DNA of 32,000 nucleotides, taken from the NCBI RefSeq assembly GCF_000179635.2, contig NC_014833.1, positions 2,220,001-2,252,000 on the forward strand, in the 5' to 3' direction. The notes under the pieces are model-generated. The model had not been told where the DNA came from and did no database searches. It saw only the letters and a program-made list of their open reading frames with translations. Origin of the DNA: Ruminococcus albus 7 = DSM 20455. Its GTDB lineage: Bacteria > Bacillota > Clostridia > Oscillospirales > Ruminococcaceae. The translations under genes were made by a program, and so were the position numbers. Below are positions 23,691-32,000 of the stretch, piece after piece (within the stretch, counting starts at the first letter, position 1; each line of letters opens with the position of its first letter).

Positions 23691-23803
23691 TGACAAATCG
23701 AGTGGTCATCTTGACAAAATAGAGTGTCTGCACCTTGACAGAACGAGTATCTGTGTGACAAGATACGTTCACTTCTGGATGACAAATAAAGGGAGCGGTA
23801 ACA
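23691..23803 (-). repeat. Right terminal inverted repeat with 6 TGTCA-type subterminal repeats
   Basis: TGACA on the plus strand occurs at 23691, 23712, 23736, 23756 and 23780, plus a terminal TAACA at 23799-23803. The offsets from the tip are 108, 87, 63, 43, 19 and 0. Confidence 0.65.
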
Positions 23804-23851
23804 GCCACTTCAAAAAATCGTTATTATATGCATGAATCATAAATAATATAA

Positions 23852-23900
23852 ATAAAAAACGCCACAGTACTTCTGAAAACATATCAGAAAAACCATGGCG
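23852..23900 (-). terminator. Rho-independent terminator of the transketolase operon
   Basis: On the minus strand, CGCCAtggtttTTCTGAtatgtttTCAGAAgtactgTGGCG is followed by TTTTTTATTT. It lies 54 nt after the tkt stop and 49 nt outside the island tip. Confidence 0.65.
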
Positions 23901-23953
23901 CAATAGTTCATACTAAGTTCAGATAATAAATCTGATGAAGAGTAAAAACAATA

Positions 23954-24901
23954 TTACTTAGATTTAACAGCTTCCTTAGCCTTAGCAACGATGTTTTCAG
24001 CGCAAAGACCGAACTCCTTCAGCAGATCAACTGCGGGACCGGAGTGACCGAACTCGTCGTTAACGCCTATTCTAACCTGCTTTGTTGGACACTTTGCAGT
24101 CAGAACGTCTGCAACAGCAGAACCCAGACCGCCGATAATGCTGTGCTCCTCAACTGTCAGAACAACACCGCACTTCTGTGCGTTTTTAACGATGATATCC
24201 TCATCAATGGGCTTGATGGTGTGGATATTGATAACAGCAGCGTCGATACCCTCAGCAGCAAGAGTCTTAGCAGCTTCAATAGCTTCACCAACCATCAGAC
24301 CTGTTGCGAATATAGCGATATCCTTGCCTTCTCTCAGCTGAACGCCCTTGCCAAGCTCGAACTTGTAAGTAGCAGGATCGTTGATAACGGGAGCAGCAAG
24401 TCTGCCGAAACGCATATAAACAGGACCCTCGTGCAGGATAGCAGCCTCAACGGCAGCTCTTGCCTCGGTATCGTCAGCAGGGTTGATTACTGTCATGCCG
24501 GGGATAGTTCTCATCAGAGCGATATCCTCATTACACTGGTGTGTAGCACCGTCCTCACCAACAGAGATACCTGCGTGAGTAGCACCGATCTTAACGTTCA
24601 GGTGAGGATAACCGATGGAGTTTCTTACCTGCTCAAATGCTCTGCCTGCAGCAAACATAGCAAATGTTGAAGCGAAAGGTATAAGACCTGTTGCAGCCAT
24701 ACCAGCAGCTACGCTCATCATATTGCTCTCTGCAATACCGCAGTCAAAATGTCTGTCAGGGAACTTTTTCTTAAAAATACCTGTCTTGGTAGCTGCTGCC
24801 AGATCGGCATCAAGAACTACCAGCTTATCGTACTTATCACCAAGCTCAGCAAGCGCGTTGCCGTAGCTTTCTCTAGTTGCAATCTTCTTTACATCAGCCA
24901 T
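23954..24901 (-). CDS. Transketolase, C-terminal (pyrimidine-binding) subunit
   Basis: 315 aa with typical sequence (RESYGNALAELG, DCGIAESNMMSVAAGMA, HAGISVGEDGATHQ). Confidence 0.92.
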   Translation of the reverse strand: MADVKKIATRESYGNALAELGDKYDKLVVLDADLAAATKTGIFKKKFPDRHFDCGIAESNMMSVAAGMAATGLIPFASTFAMFAAGRAFEQVRNSIGYPHLNVKIGATHAGISVGEDGATHQCNEDIALMRTIPGMTVINPADDTEARAAVEAAILHEGPVYMRFGRLAAPVINDPATYKFELGKGVQLREGKDIAIFATGLMVGEAIEAAKTLAAEGIDAAVINIHTIKPIDEDIIVKNAQKCGVVLTVEEHSIIGGLGSAVADVLTAKCPTKQVRIGVNDEFGHSGPAVDLLKEFGLCAENIVAKAKEAVKSK

Positions 24902-24904
24902 GAC

Positions 24905-25744
24905 TTAGCCCTCCAGTTCTTTCAGATGTGCGGTAAGCTCCTCAACTGCCTGAGCATACTGCTCAGCATTTGGTGCAGTACCGTGCCATGAAACGTTATC
25001 CTCCATGAAGGAAACGCCCTTGCCCTTAGTACTCTTCATAACGATGACAGTGGGCTGTCCGCAGACAGTTTCAGCCTCGTTGAAAGCCTTTTCAAGGGAA
25101 TCAAAGTCATGAGCATCAGCCTCAACAACATGAAGACCAAAAGCCTTGAACTTGTCAACTATCGGATAAGGAGACATTACGTCACTGATCTTACCGTCGA
25201 TCTGAAGACCATTGTTATCAACGATCATTACCAAATTATCAAGTTTATAATGAGCAGCGAACATTGAAGCTTCCCAAACCTGACCTTCCTGTATCTCGCC
25301 ATCGCCGAGAACAGTATATACCTTATAATCAGCACCCTGATACTTAGCGGAAAGTGCCATACCTGCAGCTACAGATACGCCCTGTCCGAGAGAACCGGAA
25401 GACATATCAACGCCGGGGATATGTATGCATGGATGACCCTGGAGCAGAGCACCGATATGTCTCAGGCTCTTGAGCTCTTCCTTAGAGAAAAATCCTTTTT
25501 CAGCCAGTGTAGAATAAAGTGCAGGTGCAGTATGACCCTTTGACAGAACAAATCTGTCTCTGCTTGCCTCATCAGGCTTATCGGGATATACATTCAGTTT
25601 AGCAAAATAAAGATAGGTCAGCAGATCGGCAATAGAAAGGGAGCCGCCGGGATGACCCGATTTAGCGTTATAAACGCCCTCGATAATGCCGAGACGTACC
25701 TTTGTGGCAGTTATCTCAAGCTGTTTTTTAAGTGTAGCGTCCAT
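24905..25744 (-). CDS. Transketolase, N-terminal (TPP-binding) subunit
   Basis: 279 aa with SGHPGGSLS and GDGEIQEGQVWEA motifs. It lies directly upstream of the C-terminal subunit, with RBS GGAGG. Confidence 0.92.
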   Translation of the reverse strand: MDATLKKQLEITATKVRLGIIEGVYNAKSGHPGGSLSIADLLTYLYFAKLNVYPDKPDEASRDRFVLSKGHTAPALYSTLAEKGFFSKEELKSLRHIGALLQGHPCIHIPGVDMSSGSLGQGVSVAAGMALSAKYQGADYKVYTVLGDGEIQEGQVWEASMFAAHYKLDNLVMIVDNNGLQIDGKISDVMSPYPIVDKFKAFGLHVVEADAHDFDSLEKAFNEAETVCGQPTVIVMKSTKGKGVSFMEDNVSWHGTAPNAEQYAQAVEELTAHLKELEG

Positions 25745-25863
25745 AAAAAAACCTCCAAATTATCTGATTGTTTCGGACGAATGGAAATGATGTGGCACAA
25801 AAATGCGAACACGTTCAGCCGAGCACACATGGCTTCACACACACGCAGTTCCCTGCCCTTACA

Positions 25864-26682
25864 TCATAAGCTCAGACGTCCGTATATATACTCAAGTGCC
25901 GCTGCAACAGCATCCTCCTCGCAGGAAACATCAAGCACAAGGTCACATACCTTCTTGACTTCATCAACTGCATTGGAGGGGCATATAGCCACATCGGCAG
26001 CCTGGAGCATTTCTATATCATTATTATAGTCACCCATGGCAACGAAGGTATAATCCTCCATGCCGCAGAGCTTTCTCATTTTCTCAAGTGCTGATCCTTT
26101 AGAAATATTCTGCGGCAGTATCTCATAATACTCCGGAGCACTTCTGACAAAATCAACACCCGTCCAGCCCTTTTGAGCGACATAATGTATGAGTTTTTCC
26201 ATATTTTCAGGTTCTGTAGCAAACAGAACTTTATACCAATCCCCCGGCATATCATCAACACCGCAGAGAACAGGTTCAACCTTACAGATGAAATTATGTT
26301 TAGCTTCAAGAGGAGTCATCTGCGGAACATATACAGCGTCAAGTGTAAGTACTTCACACCCTACATCGGGATTATCTCTAAGTATCTCAGAAACTATATC
26401 CTTTGTAAAATCGGGAACGAAAACGTCATGTATCTGTTTCTTTGAATTAAGATCATAGACCATTCCGCCGTTACACATAATTATCGGACAATTGACACTG
26501 AATGATTCAAAATACTGCTGTGCCGCCTGGATGGCACGTCCCGTTGCAATAGAAAATTTTCCGCCTTTGCTTTGAAATTTTGCTATCGCATCAACACTGC
26601 GCTGTCCGGGGATCTTACTTGACGGTAAAAATGTACCATCCATATCAGTTATCAGCAGTACCTTGCTTATATCTTCAAACAT
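25864..26682 (-). CDS. Cof-type HAD-IIB family phosphatase
   Basis: DxDGT motif (LITDMDGTFL), ATGR, and a C-terminal GDYNNDIEML motif. Confidence 0.85.
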   Translation of the reverse strand: MFEDISKVLLITDMDGTFLPSSKIPGQRSVDAIAKFQSKGGKFSIATGRAIQAAQQYFESFSVNCPIIMCNGGMVYDLNSKKQIHDVFVPDFTKDIVSEILRDNPDVGCEVLTLDAVYVPQMTPLEAKHNFICKVEPVLCGVDDMPGDWYKVLFATEPENMEKLIHYVAQKGWTGVDFVRSAPEYYEILPQNISKGSALEKMRKLCGMEDYTFVAMGDYNNDIEMLQAADVAICPSNAVDEVKKVCDLVLDVSCEEDAVAAALEYIYGRLSL

Positions 26683-26690
26683 TAAAAATG

Positions 26691-27605
26691 TTATCCTTTC
26701 CTCAGCTTTTCAAGTACCTTGACAAAATATACAGGAAGTTCGCTGTCAAACTCCATATACTCTTTTGTTTCAGGATGTATAAATCCCAGCTTTTTCGCGT
26801 GAAGACACTGACCTTCAAGACCTTTATACGCCTTACCATAAACATCATCACCTAAAACGGGATGACCGATAAAAGCTGAATGAACTCTTATCTGATGAGT
26901 CCTGCCTGTTTCAAGCCTGAATTTTACAAGAGAATACTGTCCAAGGTCTTCAAGAACTTCATAGTGAGTAACAGCCTCTTTGCAATTCTGATAAGTAACA
27001 CACATTTTCTTACGGTCGAATTTACTTCGTCCTATAGGTTCGTTGACGGTACCTGTCGGCTCTTTGAACCTGCCAATACAGATAGCATTGTACTCACGGG
27101 TAAAATTGTGATCCTTGATCTGCTGAGCAAGAAAATTATGAGCTTTATCAGTCTTGGCAACCATCAGCAGACCGCTGGTAAACTTATCTATTCTATGGAC
27201 AATACCGGGTCTGATAACGCCATTTATAGATGACAATCTGCCTTTACAGTGGAACAAAAGAGCATTAACCAGAGTTCCGTCGGGATTGCCAGCAGCAGGA
27301 TGAACAACCATCCCCTGAGGTTTATTTACAACAAGCAAAGAATCATCTTCGTAAACGATATCTATCGGGATATCCTGTGGTTCGGCTTTAAGTTCCTCAG
27401 CCTCAGGTATCTCAACTGAGATAGTATCACTGTTTTTTATTTTGTAATTCTTGCTTACAATATTACCGTTAACAAGCACACAGCCGTCATTCACAAGTTT
27501 TTGAAGGGATGACCTAGACATTTCGGGTAATTGTTTTGATAATACCTTGTCGATCCTGTCTCCGATATTTTCCTCAGAAACTGTAAAATTATAATGATCG
27601 CTCAT
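26691..27605 (-). CDS. rluD: RluA-family 23S rRNA pseudouridine synthase (RluD-like)
   Basis: N-terminal S4 domain and the catalytic HRIDKFTSGLL motif. The position after lspA is conserved. Confidence 0.88.
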   Translation of the reverse strand: MSDHYNFTVSEENIGDRIDKVLSKQLPEMSRSSLQKLVNDGCVLVNGNIVSKNYKIKNSDTISVEIPEAEELKAEPQDIPIDIVYEDDSLLVVNKPQGMVVHPAAGNPDGTLVNALLFHCKGRLSSINGVIRPGIVHRIDKFTSGLLMVAKTDKAHNFLAQQIKDHNFTREYNAICIGRFKEPTGTVNEPIGRSKFDRKKMCVTYQNCKEAVTHYEVLEDLGQYSLVKFRLETGRTHQIRVHSAFIGHPVLGDDVYGKAYKGLEGQCLHAKKLGFIHPETKEYMEFDSELPVYFVKVLEKLRKG

Positions 27606-28108
27606 GAAGCATTACCCTTATTTTTGTCAAGTTTCTTTGCTTTACTTGATTTAACATCTGCCACTAGGATCGACAGACAAAAGAATACTGCACCTAAAAC
27701 GATGCAAATATCTGCAAAATTAAATATAGGGAAATTTATCGGTTCAAACTTGATATAGTCAATTACTTCGTGCATCCTGACCCTGTCTATCAGGTTACCT
27801 ACACCACCTGCAATTATCATGGCAACCGATACGATTTCAATTTTAGAACCTTTACGCACCTTGTACATATAAAATATGCCAGCAATACATACAAGTATCG
27901 GTAACGAAACCAAAAACCAGGTTTTTCCGGACATAATACTCCATGCCGCTCCTGTATTTCTGATATGAGTCAAACTGAATATCTTGAAATCGCCAAACTT
28001 AATTACTTCGATCACCTTACCAAGTTCTATCTTACTGTCTACAACCAATTTAAGTACCTGATCTACCACGATCAGAAATGCAGCCAGCATAAGTGAAAGT
28101 GCGAACAT
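27602..28108 (-). CDS. lspA: Lipoprotein signal peptidase II
   Basis: Four TM segments with NTGAAWS and FNFADI motifs. I chose the ATG at 28108 (MFALSLML). The track start at 28126 is a TTG. Confidence 0.88.
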   Translation of the reverse strand: MFALSLMLAAFLIVVDQVLKLVVDSKIELGKVIEVIKFGDFKIFSLTHIRNTGAAWSIMSGKTWFLVSLPILVCIAGIFYMYKVRKGSKIEIVSVAMIIAGGVGNLIDRVRMHEVIDYIKFEPINFPIFNFADICIVLGAVFFCLSILVADVKSSKAKKLDKNKGNAS

Positions 28109-28179
28109 TTCACACCTGCCCTCCAAGAGTATTTTAAACCATCAAAAGGCCCTGCGGATACAGAGCCTTCATAGACCTA

Positions 28180-28971
28180 TTAACCGTTCTTTTTACCGAA
28201 CTGAAGATCATCCGGATTGGGCTTGTGTATTACCGGATCAAAGGAACCGGTGTTAAGCACTTTATCGAGTTCAGCTGTGGAAGCAGTAGCTTCAGGCTGA
28301 TAAGGCTGCTCGGGAGTATCATCATTAACAAACTCCTCAACAACATCCTTTTCATCCTCATATTCATAGCCATCTTCATCATAATACTCATCTTCACCGT
28401 TTTCGTAAGCTTCAAGCTCAGCATCAGAAAGAGTAGGAAGTTCCATTACGAGCTTGATCTGCTGCTGATAAAGAGATGTCAGATTAGCCTTGAAATATGT
28501 TACCTCAGCTCTGAGTTCATCATAAGCTGCTTTTTCATCATCATAAGCATTTCTGAGTGCGTTGATCTTCTGCTCAGTGATCTCAGTATTTTCCTTTATA
28601 AGAGCAGCACATCTTTCCTTATGCTCCCTTACGATCTTCTCACATTCAGCTGCAGACTGTTCAGCGAGTTTTCTCTGTTCACTCTTAGCGCCGTCAACAA
28701 TTGCATTTGCTTTGTTTTTAGCATCGTTGATGATCTTTGCAGCTTCCTTCTGTGCAGAAAGAAGAGCTCCTTTGATAGCATCCTCGTCTTCTTTATATTC
28801 GGTTATTTTTTCAACCAGCTTGGCGATCTTTTCTTCACTCTCAGCGTTTTCAGCTTCAAGATCAGCAAATTCTTTTGCTACTTCTGCCAGAAATCTATCG
28901 ACCTGAGCCTGGCTGTACCCGTTTTTCTCAGATTCAAAAGCTGCGCTTTTGATACTTTTTGCTGTCATCAT
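28180..28971 (-). CDS. divIVA: DivIVA-domain cell-division/polarity protein
   Basis: N-terminal DivIVA motif (FESEKNGYSQAQVDRFLAEV), a long coiled coil and an acidic tail, in a dcw-distal context. Confidence 0.85.
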   Translation of the reverse strand: MMTAKSIKSAAFESEKNGYSQAQVDRFLAEVAKEFADLEAENAESEEKIAKLVEKITEYKEDEDAIKGALLSAQKEAAKIINDAKNKANAIVDGAKSEQRKLAEQSAAECEKIVREHKERCAALIKENTEITEQKINALRNAYDDEKAAYDELRAEVTYFKANLTSLYQQQIKLVMELPTLSDAELEAYENGEDEYYDEDGYEYEDEKDVVEEFVNDDTPEQPYQPEATASTAELDKVLNTGSFDPVIHKPNPDDLQFGKKNG

Positions 28972-28983
28972 TGTTAAGCCCTC

Positions 28984-29763
28984 CTAAATATATTTACATA
29001 TAGTAATATGCATTCTGTCTTTATGACTTATACCGTCAACAGACTTAAGCAAGAATTTCCCGTGACCTCTTACAGAGATCTTATTTCCGACCTCAACCAT
29101 TCTGCTGGGTTGATCGGTCTTTTCATGTGATACTTCCGCTAATCCGCTTTTTATCAAAGCAGAAGCCTTTTCTCTGGACATCCTTAATGCCAGAGAAACT
29201 ACACTGTCCAGCCTGAGTGAAGCCACAGTACCGGTGATCTCCCGGAATTCAGGTTCCTTGATATTCTGTGCATCAAAGCCCTCATCAGCTTTCACACCGA
29301 CCCTGCCTATCTTAGTAACACCCAACACATCAAGCAGCACTGTGTCTTTAACAAAAACAGAAGCTGAACCAATGCCCACCAGGATATCACCAACACACCC
29401 GCGCGTTATACCAAGAGCCATCAGAGAACCAAGAAAATCTCTATGATCAAGCTTGTCCTCACGACGAAATCTGAAAGTTAAAGAACGCATCGGGAATGAA
29501 TTTATTATATCATCGCTATACGGAGGATATACACAAAGCATTTTACGTTCAGCTTCATTATATCCGCCCCAAAGCAAATAGTTTTCATATTTTACCGAAG
29601 CCATGACTTTCTCACAAAGCCTGCACTGTCTTTCATCAAGAAAAGCAGAATACTTCGTTATGTATTTTTCTTCTGCCAGATCGGTCCAATCAAGGAACAT
29701 TGACAGTAAACGCTTATCATCATTGCTAAGGTCATTCAGGAATGAAAGATCCCTGTTTTTCAT
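28984..29763 (-). CDS. ylmH: YlmH-like S4-domain RNA-binding protein
   Basis: 259 aa with a C-terminal S4-like segment (LRLDSVVSLALRMSREKASALIKSG). It sits between sepF and divIVA, as in Firmicutes. Confidence 0.7.
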   Translation of the reverse strand: MKNRDLSFLNDLSNDDKRLLSMFLDWTDLAEEKYITKYSAFLDERQCRLCEKVMASVKYENYLLWGGYNEAERKMLCVYPPYSDDIINSFPMRSLTFRFRREDKLDHRDFLGSLMALGITRGCVGDILVGIGSASVFVKDTVLLDVLGVTKIGRVGVKADEGFDAQNIKEPEFREITGTVASLRLDSVVSLALRMSREKASALIKSGLAEVSHEKTDQPSRMVEVGNKISVRGHGKFLLKSVDGISHKDRMHITICKYI

Positions 29764-30347
29764 CAGAAACTGTAACCGTTATTTTCAAGTTCGGTCAGCA
29801 GATCTTTCCCATCAAACTTAACGTTCTTGGACATGATCGCGAAAGTTTTCTGAGCCATCATTTTTATCTGAGCCTTGTTTGCATACGCTACGCCGGAAAG
29901 AAAATCAAGTATTCTCTTCGCATCGTCACTTTTTACCATTTCAAGATTAAGTATAACGGTCTTGAAAGCATTAATATCATCACCGATACTTCTGACCTCG
30001 GAGAAATCCACAGGTCTGGCAAGTACTATCTGTAACGTTGTTGTCTGTTCAAAACTCATTTTGCGATCCTCCTCAAAACTATTCCCTTTGCTGCTGTAAA
30101 ATTCAGATTCACTGGCAGCAAACGATCTGACAAAACTGTCATCAAAAGGATCGGGTGTGGATATCACTTCCTTATCCTTTGAACGACTGCCTGTTTTTGA
30201 ACTGTTACCGTTGAAATCATCAAAAAAGCTGTCCTTTGCAGCGGAACCTTTGCCGCCGTTAGGAGAACCGAAATCCTGGCTGAAATCAATTCCATCAGAA
30301 TCGTCTTCACCTATAAAAAGATTTGTAAAACCTTTCAATATGCCCAT
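29763..30347 (-). CDS. sepF: Cell division protein SepF
   Basis: Disordered N-terminal half and a conserved C-terminal SepF domain (IVLARPVDFSEVRSIGDDINAFKTVILNLEMV...RILDFLSGVAYA). Confidence 0.85.
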   Translation of the reverse strand: MGILKGFTNLFIGEDDSDGIDFSQDFGSPNGGKGSAAKDSFFDDFNGNSSKTGSRSKDKEVISTPDPFDDSFVRSFAASESEFYSSKGNSFEEDRKMSFEQTTTLQIVLARPVDFSEVRSIGDDINAFKTVILNLEMVKSDDAKRILDFLSGVAYANKAQIKMMAQKTFAIMSKNVKFDGKDLLTELENNGYSF

Positions 30348-30350
30348 TTA

Positions 30351-31085
30351 CTAACCCTCCATATAATTTCTGGCACCGAACAGAGCAGTACCTATACGAA
30401 CGAGATTTGAACCATGCTTTATCGCAAGTTCATAATCTCCTGACATTCCCATGGAAAGTATCTCCATGGAAACATTAGGCACAGCATTTTCTTTTACACG
30501 CAGAAATATACTGTGCATACGTTCAAACATATCCTCACCGCAGCCTACGGGCGGGATAGCCATAAGTCCTTTGATACGCACATTACTGAGCTGTGCTGTT
30601 TCATAGATGAGCTCATCAAGACCATCTGCAGCCACACCGCTTTTGCTCACTTCATCGCCTATATTAATCTCAAGCAGGACATCCATGATCCTGTCATTCT
30701 TTACAGCGAGTCTATTTATCTCTTTCGCGAGCTTCAAGCTGTCCACCGATTGTATCATTGAAACTTCATTGATGATATATTTGACTTTATTCGTCTGCAG
30801 GCGACCTATCATGTGGACCTGCGCTGATTTGTTATAACTGTCTTTTTTGGAAAGAAATTCCTGTACTCTGTTTTCGCCCAGCAGAGTTATACCCTGATCT
30901 ATAGCGAAATTTATTTTCTCAGGTGCAACAGTTTTTGTCACAGCCATAATATCTATCTTATCATCATTACTGCGGTACTTTGCTTTAGCATTTTCCACAT
31001 TATAACATATACGTTTGTAGTTATCCAATACTGCGCCGAACTCACTCTGAGGATAATCGTTCGGCTTCGCTGCTGACTGACACAT
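30351..31085 (-). CDS. yggS: YggS/YlmE-family pyridoxal-phosphate homeostasis protein
   Basis: PLP-lysine region (IMAVTKTV), GENRVQE, and C-terminal LSMGMSGDYELAI...VRIGTALFG. Confidence 0.88.
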   Translation of the reverse strand: MCQSAAKPNDYPQSEFGAVLDNYKRICYNVENAKAKYRSNDDKIDIMAVTKTVAPEKINFAIDQGITLLGENRVQEFLSKKDSYNKSAQVHMIGRLQTNKVKYIINEVSMIQSVDSLKLAKEINRLAVKNDRIMDVLLEINIGDEVSKSGVAADGLDELIYETAQLSNVRIKGLMAIPPVGCGEDMFERMHSIFLRVKENAVPNVSMEILSMGMSGDYELAIKHGSNLVRIGTALFGARNYMEG

Positions 31086-32000
31086 CTTTGTTTGATACCA
31101 CCTCTAGCAGAATTTGATCATAAAGCAGAAGATACTCTTCATCGGAAGTATTTTCTGAAAGGACAAAATCATCACCTTCATATATCACATTGATCTTCTT
31201 GAATGAAATATCCTTACCCAGTATAACATATACACCCTTTTCGTCACCGCGAAATCTCAAAGCACTTCTGGGGATTTTAATGCCCTGATATTCATCAAAT
31301 ATCAGTTTTGCAGAAAGCACCCTTGAATCGACCATGGTCTGATCTACCCTGTCACAGTCAAGAACAACGATCATATTATCTCCGTTATTCTTAACAGAAT
31401 CGACTTTGCAGTTATAAATAGTACGTGATGAGTTCAGCTTCAATGAAACATCAGCATCGTCGGCGATCCTTGAATCTGCCTTTACTATACCTACTATCTT
31501 ACAGTTATAGCTGTCGAAGGTCTTGCCTATTGCATTAGCGGGAGGATCAACTTCTCCTTTGATAACATCGCGGATATCGCTTTCAGTAAGTTTATTGACA
31601 TCTGATGTCTTAAGCTGAGATTCATATCCATCAGCGTATGATACAAAATATCCGGTCTTATCTGCCTTAATAGCATCACTGGGTTCGGTTGCAAGATCCA
31701 TCAGCTTGCTTCTCTCTGATTTAAGTGTTGCGATGGCATCTGAAAAATCAGACTGAGTGCCGGTTATAACACTGTACATATTACTGTTAAGTGCTATCCT
31801 TGACCTTATGTCGGGTATCCTGTCAAAATCTCTGTTTTCCACTGATTCCAGAAGATCATTATAACCACTTTTCATACCTGATATGAGCGCATCGGGCTCA
31901 GCATAATTTGTAGTGGCAGGATCCTGAGCTTTTTCAAGCTGCTCTATCTCAGCATCGATCTCAGCTATCCTTTTTCTTGCATATATAGCATTCTCAGATG
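31042..32000 (-). CDS. HlyD-like / membrane-fusion-type protein, 5' end outside the window
   Basis: The minus-strand frame stays open through 32000 (...ENAIYARKRIAEIDAEIEQLEKAQ... coiled coil) before the track's first Met at 31875. The beta-rich C-terminus and the position upstream of yggS are typical of Clostridia. The family call is from memory. Confidence 0.4.
   Translation of the reverse strand, partial: SENAIYARKRIAEIDAEIEQLEKAQDPATTNYAEPDALISGMKSGYNDLLESVENRDFDRIPDIRSRIALNSNMYSVITGTQSDFSDAIATLKSERSKLMDLATEPSDAIKADKTGYFVSYADGYESQLKTSDVNKLTESDIRDVIKGEVDPPANAIGKTFDSYNCKIVGIVKADSRIADDADVSLKLNSSRTIYNCKVDSVKNNGDNMIVVLDCDRVDQTMVDSRVLSAKLIFDEYQGIKIPRSALRFRGDEKGVYVILGKDISFKKINVIYEGDDFVLSENTSDEEYLLLYDQILLEVVSNKDVSVSSEAERLSSE

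Larger units (their letters stand above)
12947..23803. mobile_element. ~10.9 kb IR-bounded, transposase-less island (non-autonomous transposon / mobile insertion cassette-like) carrying the surface-protein operon
   Basis: 12946-12994 matches the reverse complement of 23804-23756 at 40/49 positions without gaps, and at 27/29 in the core TGTCATCCAxAAGTGAACGTATCyTGTCA. The tips read TGT...ACA. Each end carries several TGTCA repeats and has a terminator just inside it. The island interrupts otherwise conserved housekeeping synteny. I found no clean target-site duplication. Confidence 0.6.

Noticed and set aside
23954-25744. Transketolase split into two ORFs, considered as a possible frameshift pseudogene
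   Set aside because: Separate N-terminal (TPP-binding) and C-terminal subunits, each with its own start and a 3-nt gap, are a common native arrangement in Firmicutes and archaea. Both frames are intact.
28225-28977. 250-aa plus-strand ORF
   Set aside because: It is antisense to divIVA. The Phe/Leu/Ser/Ile low-complexity translation is typical of the reverse frame of a Glu/Lys/Ala-rich coiled-coil gene.

Overview
This is a low-GC Gram-positive, Clostridia-like chromosome segment (taxonomy inferred only from gene order and protein sequences). Two blocks of ordinary, syntenic housekeeping genes lie on the minus strand. Block 1 (1-12.8 kb) holds DJ-1, DUF2156, tmk, thyX, recN, argR, nadK, tlyA, dxs, ispA, xseB, xseA, an M22/TsaD-like gene, nusB and asp23. 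Block 2 (23.9-32 kb) holds a split transketolase, a Cof phosphatase, rluD, lspA, divIVA, ylmH, sepF, yggS and a partial HlyD-like gene. Between them sits a ~10.9 kb accessory island (about 12947-23803). It is bounded by imperfect terminal inverted repeats that carry several TGTCA subterminal repeats, and it encodes no recognisable transposase of its own. The island carries a plus-strand seven-gene operon of exported or surface proteins, with a sigma-A-like promoter, a leader and strong RBSs. Five of the seven proteins share a ~125-aa module. One of them (17964-18695) is signal peptide + a near-eukaryotic ubiquitin (59/68 identical to ubiquitin residues 1-68, no LRLRGG tail) + linker + shared module. 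This is the most interesting object in the window. The island also holds a Cys-rich zinc-ribbon gene that is cleanly split by a complete IS66-family element (20165-23299). That IS has GTAAGCG termini and a perfect 8-bp target duplication (ACACTTAG). Unusually, it also carries a fourth, translationally coupled zinc-ribbon ORF and a ~340-bp palindromic module built from 22-bp-period repeats. I saw no rRNA, tRNA or CRISPR array.
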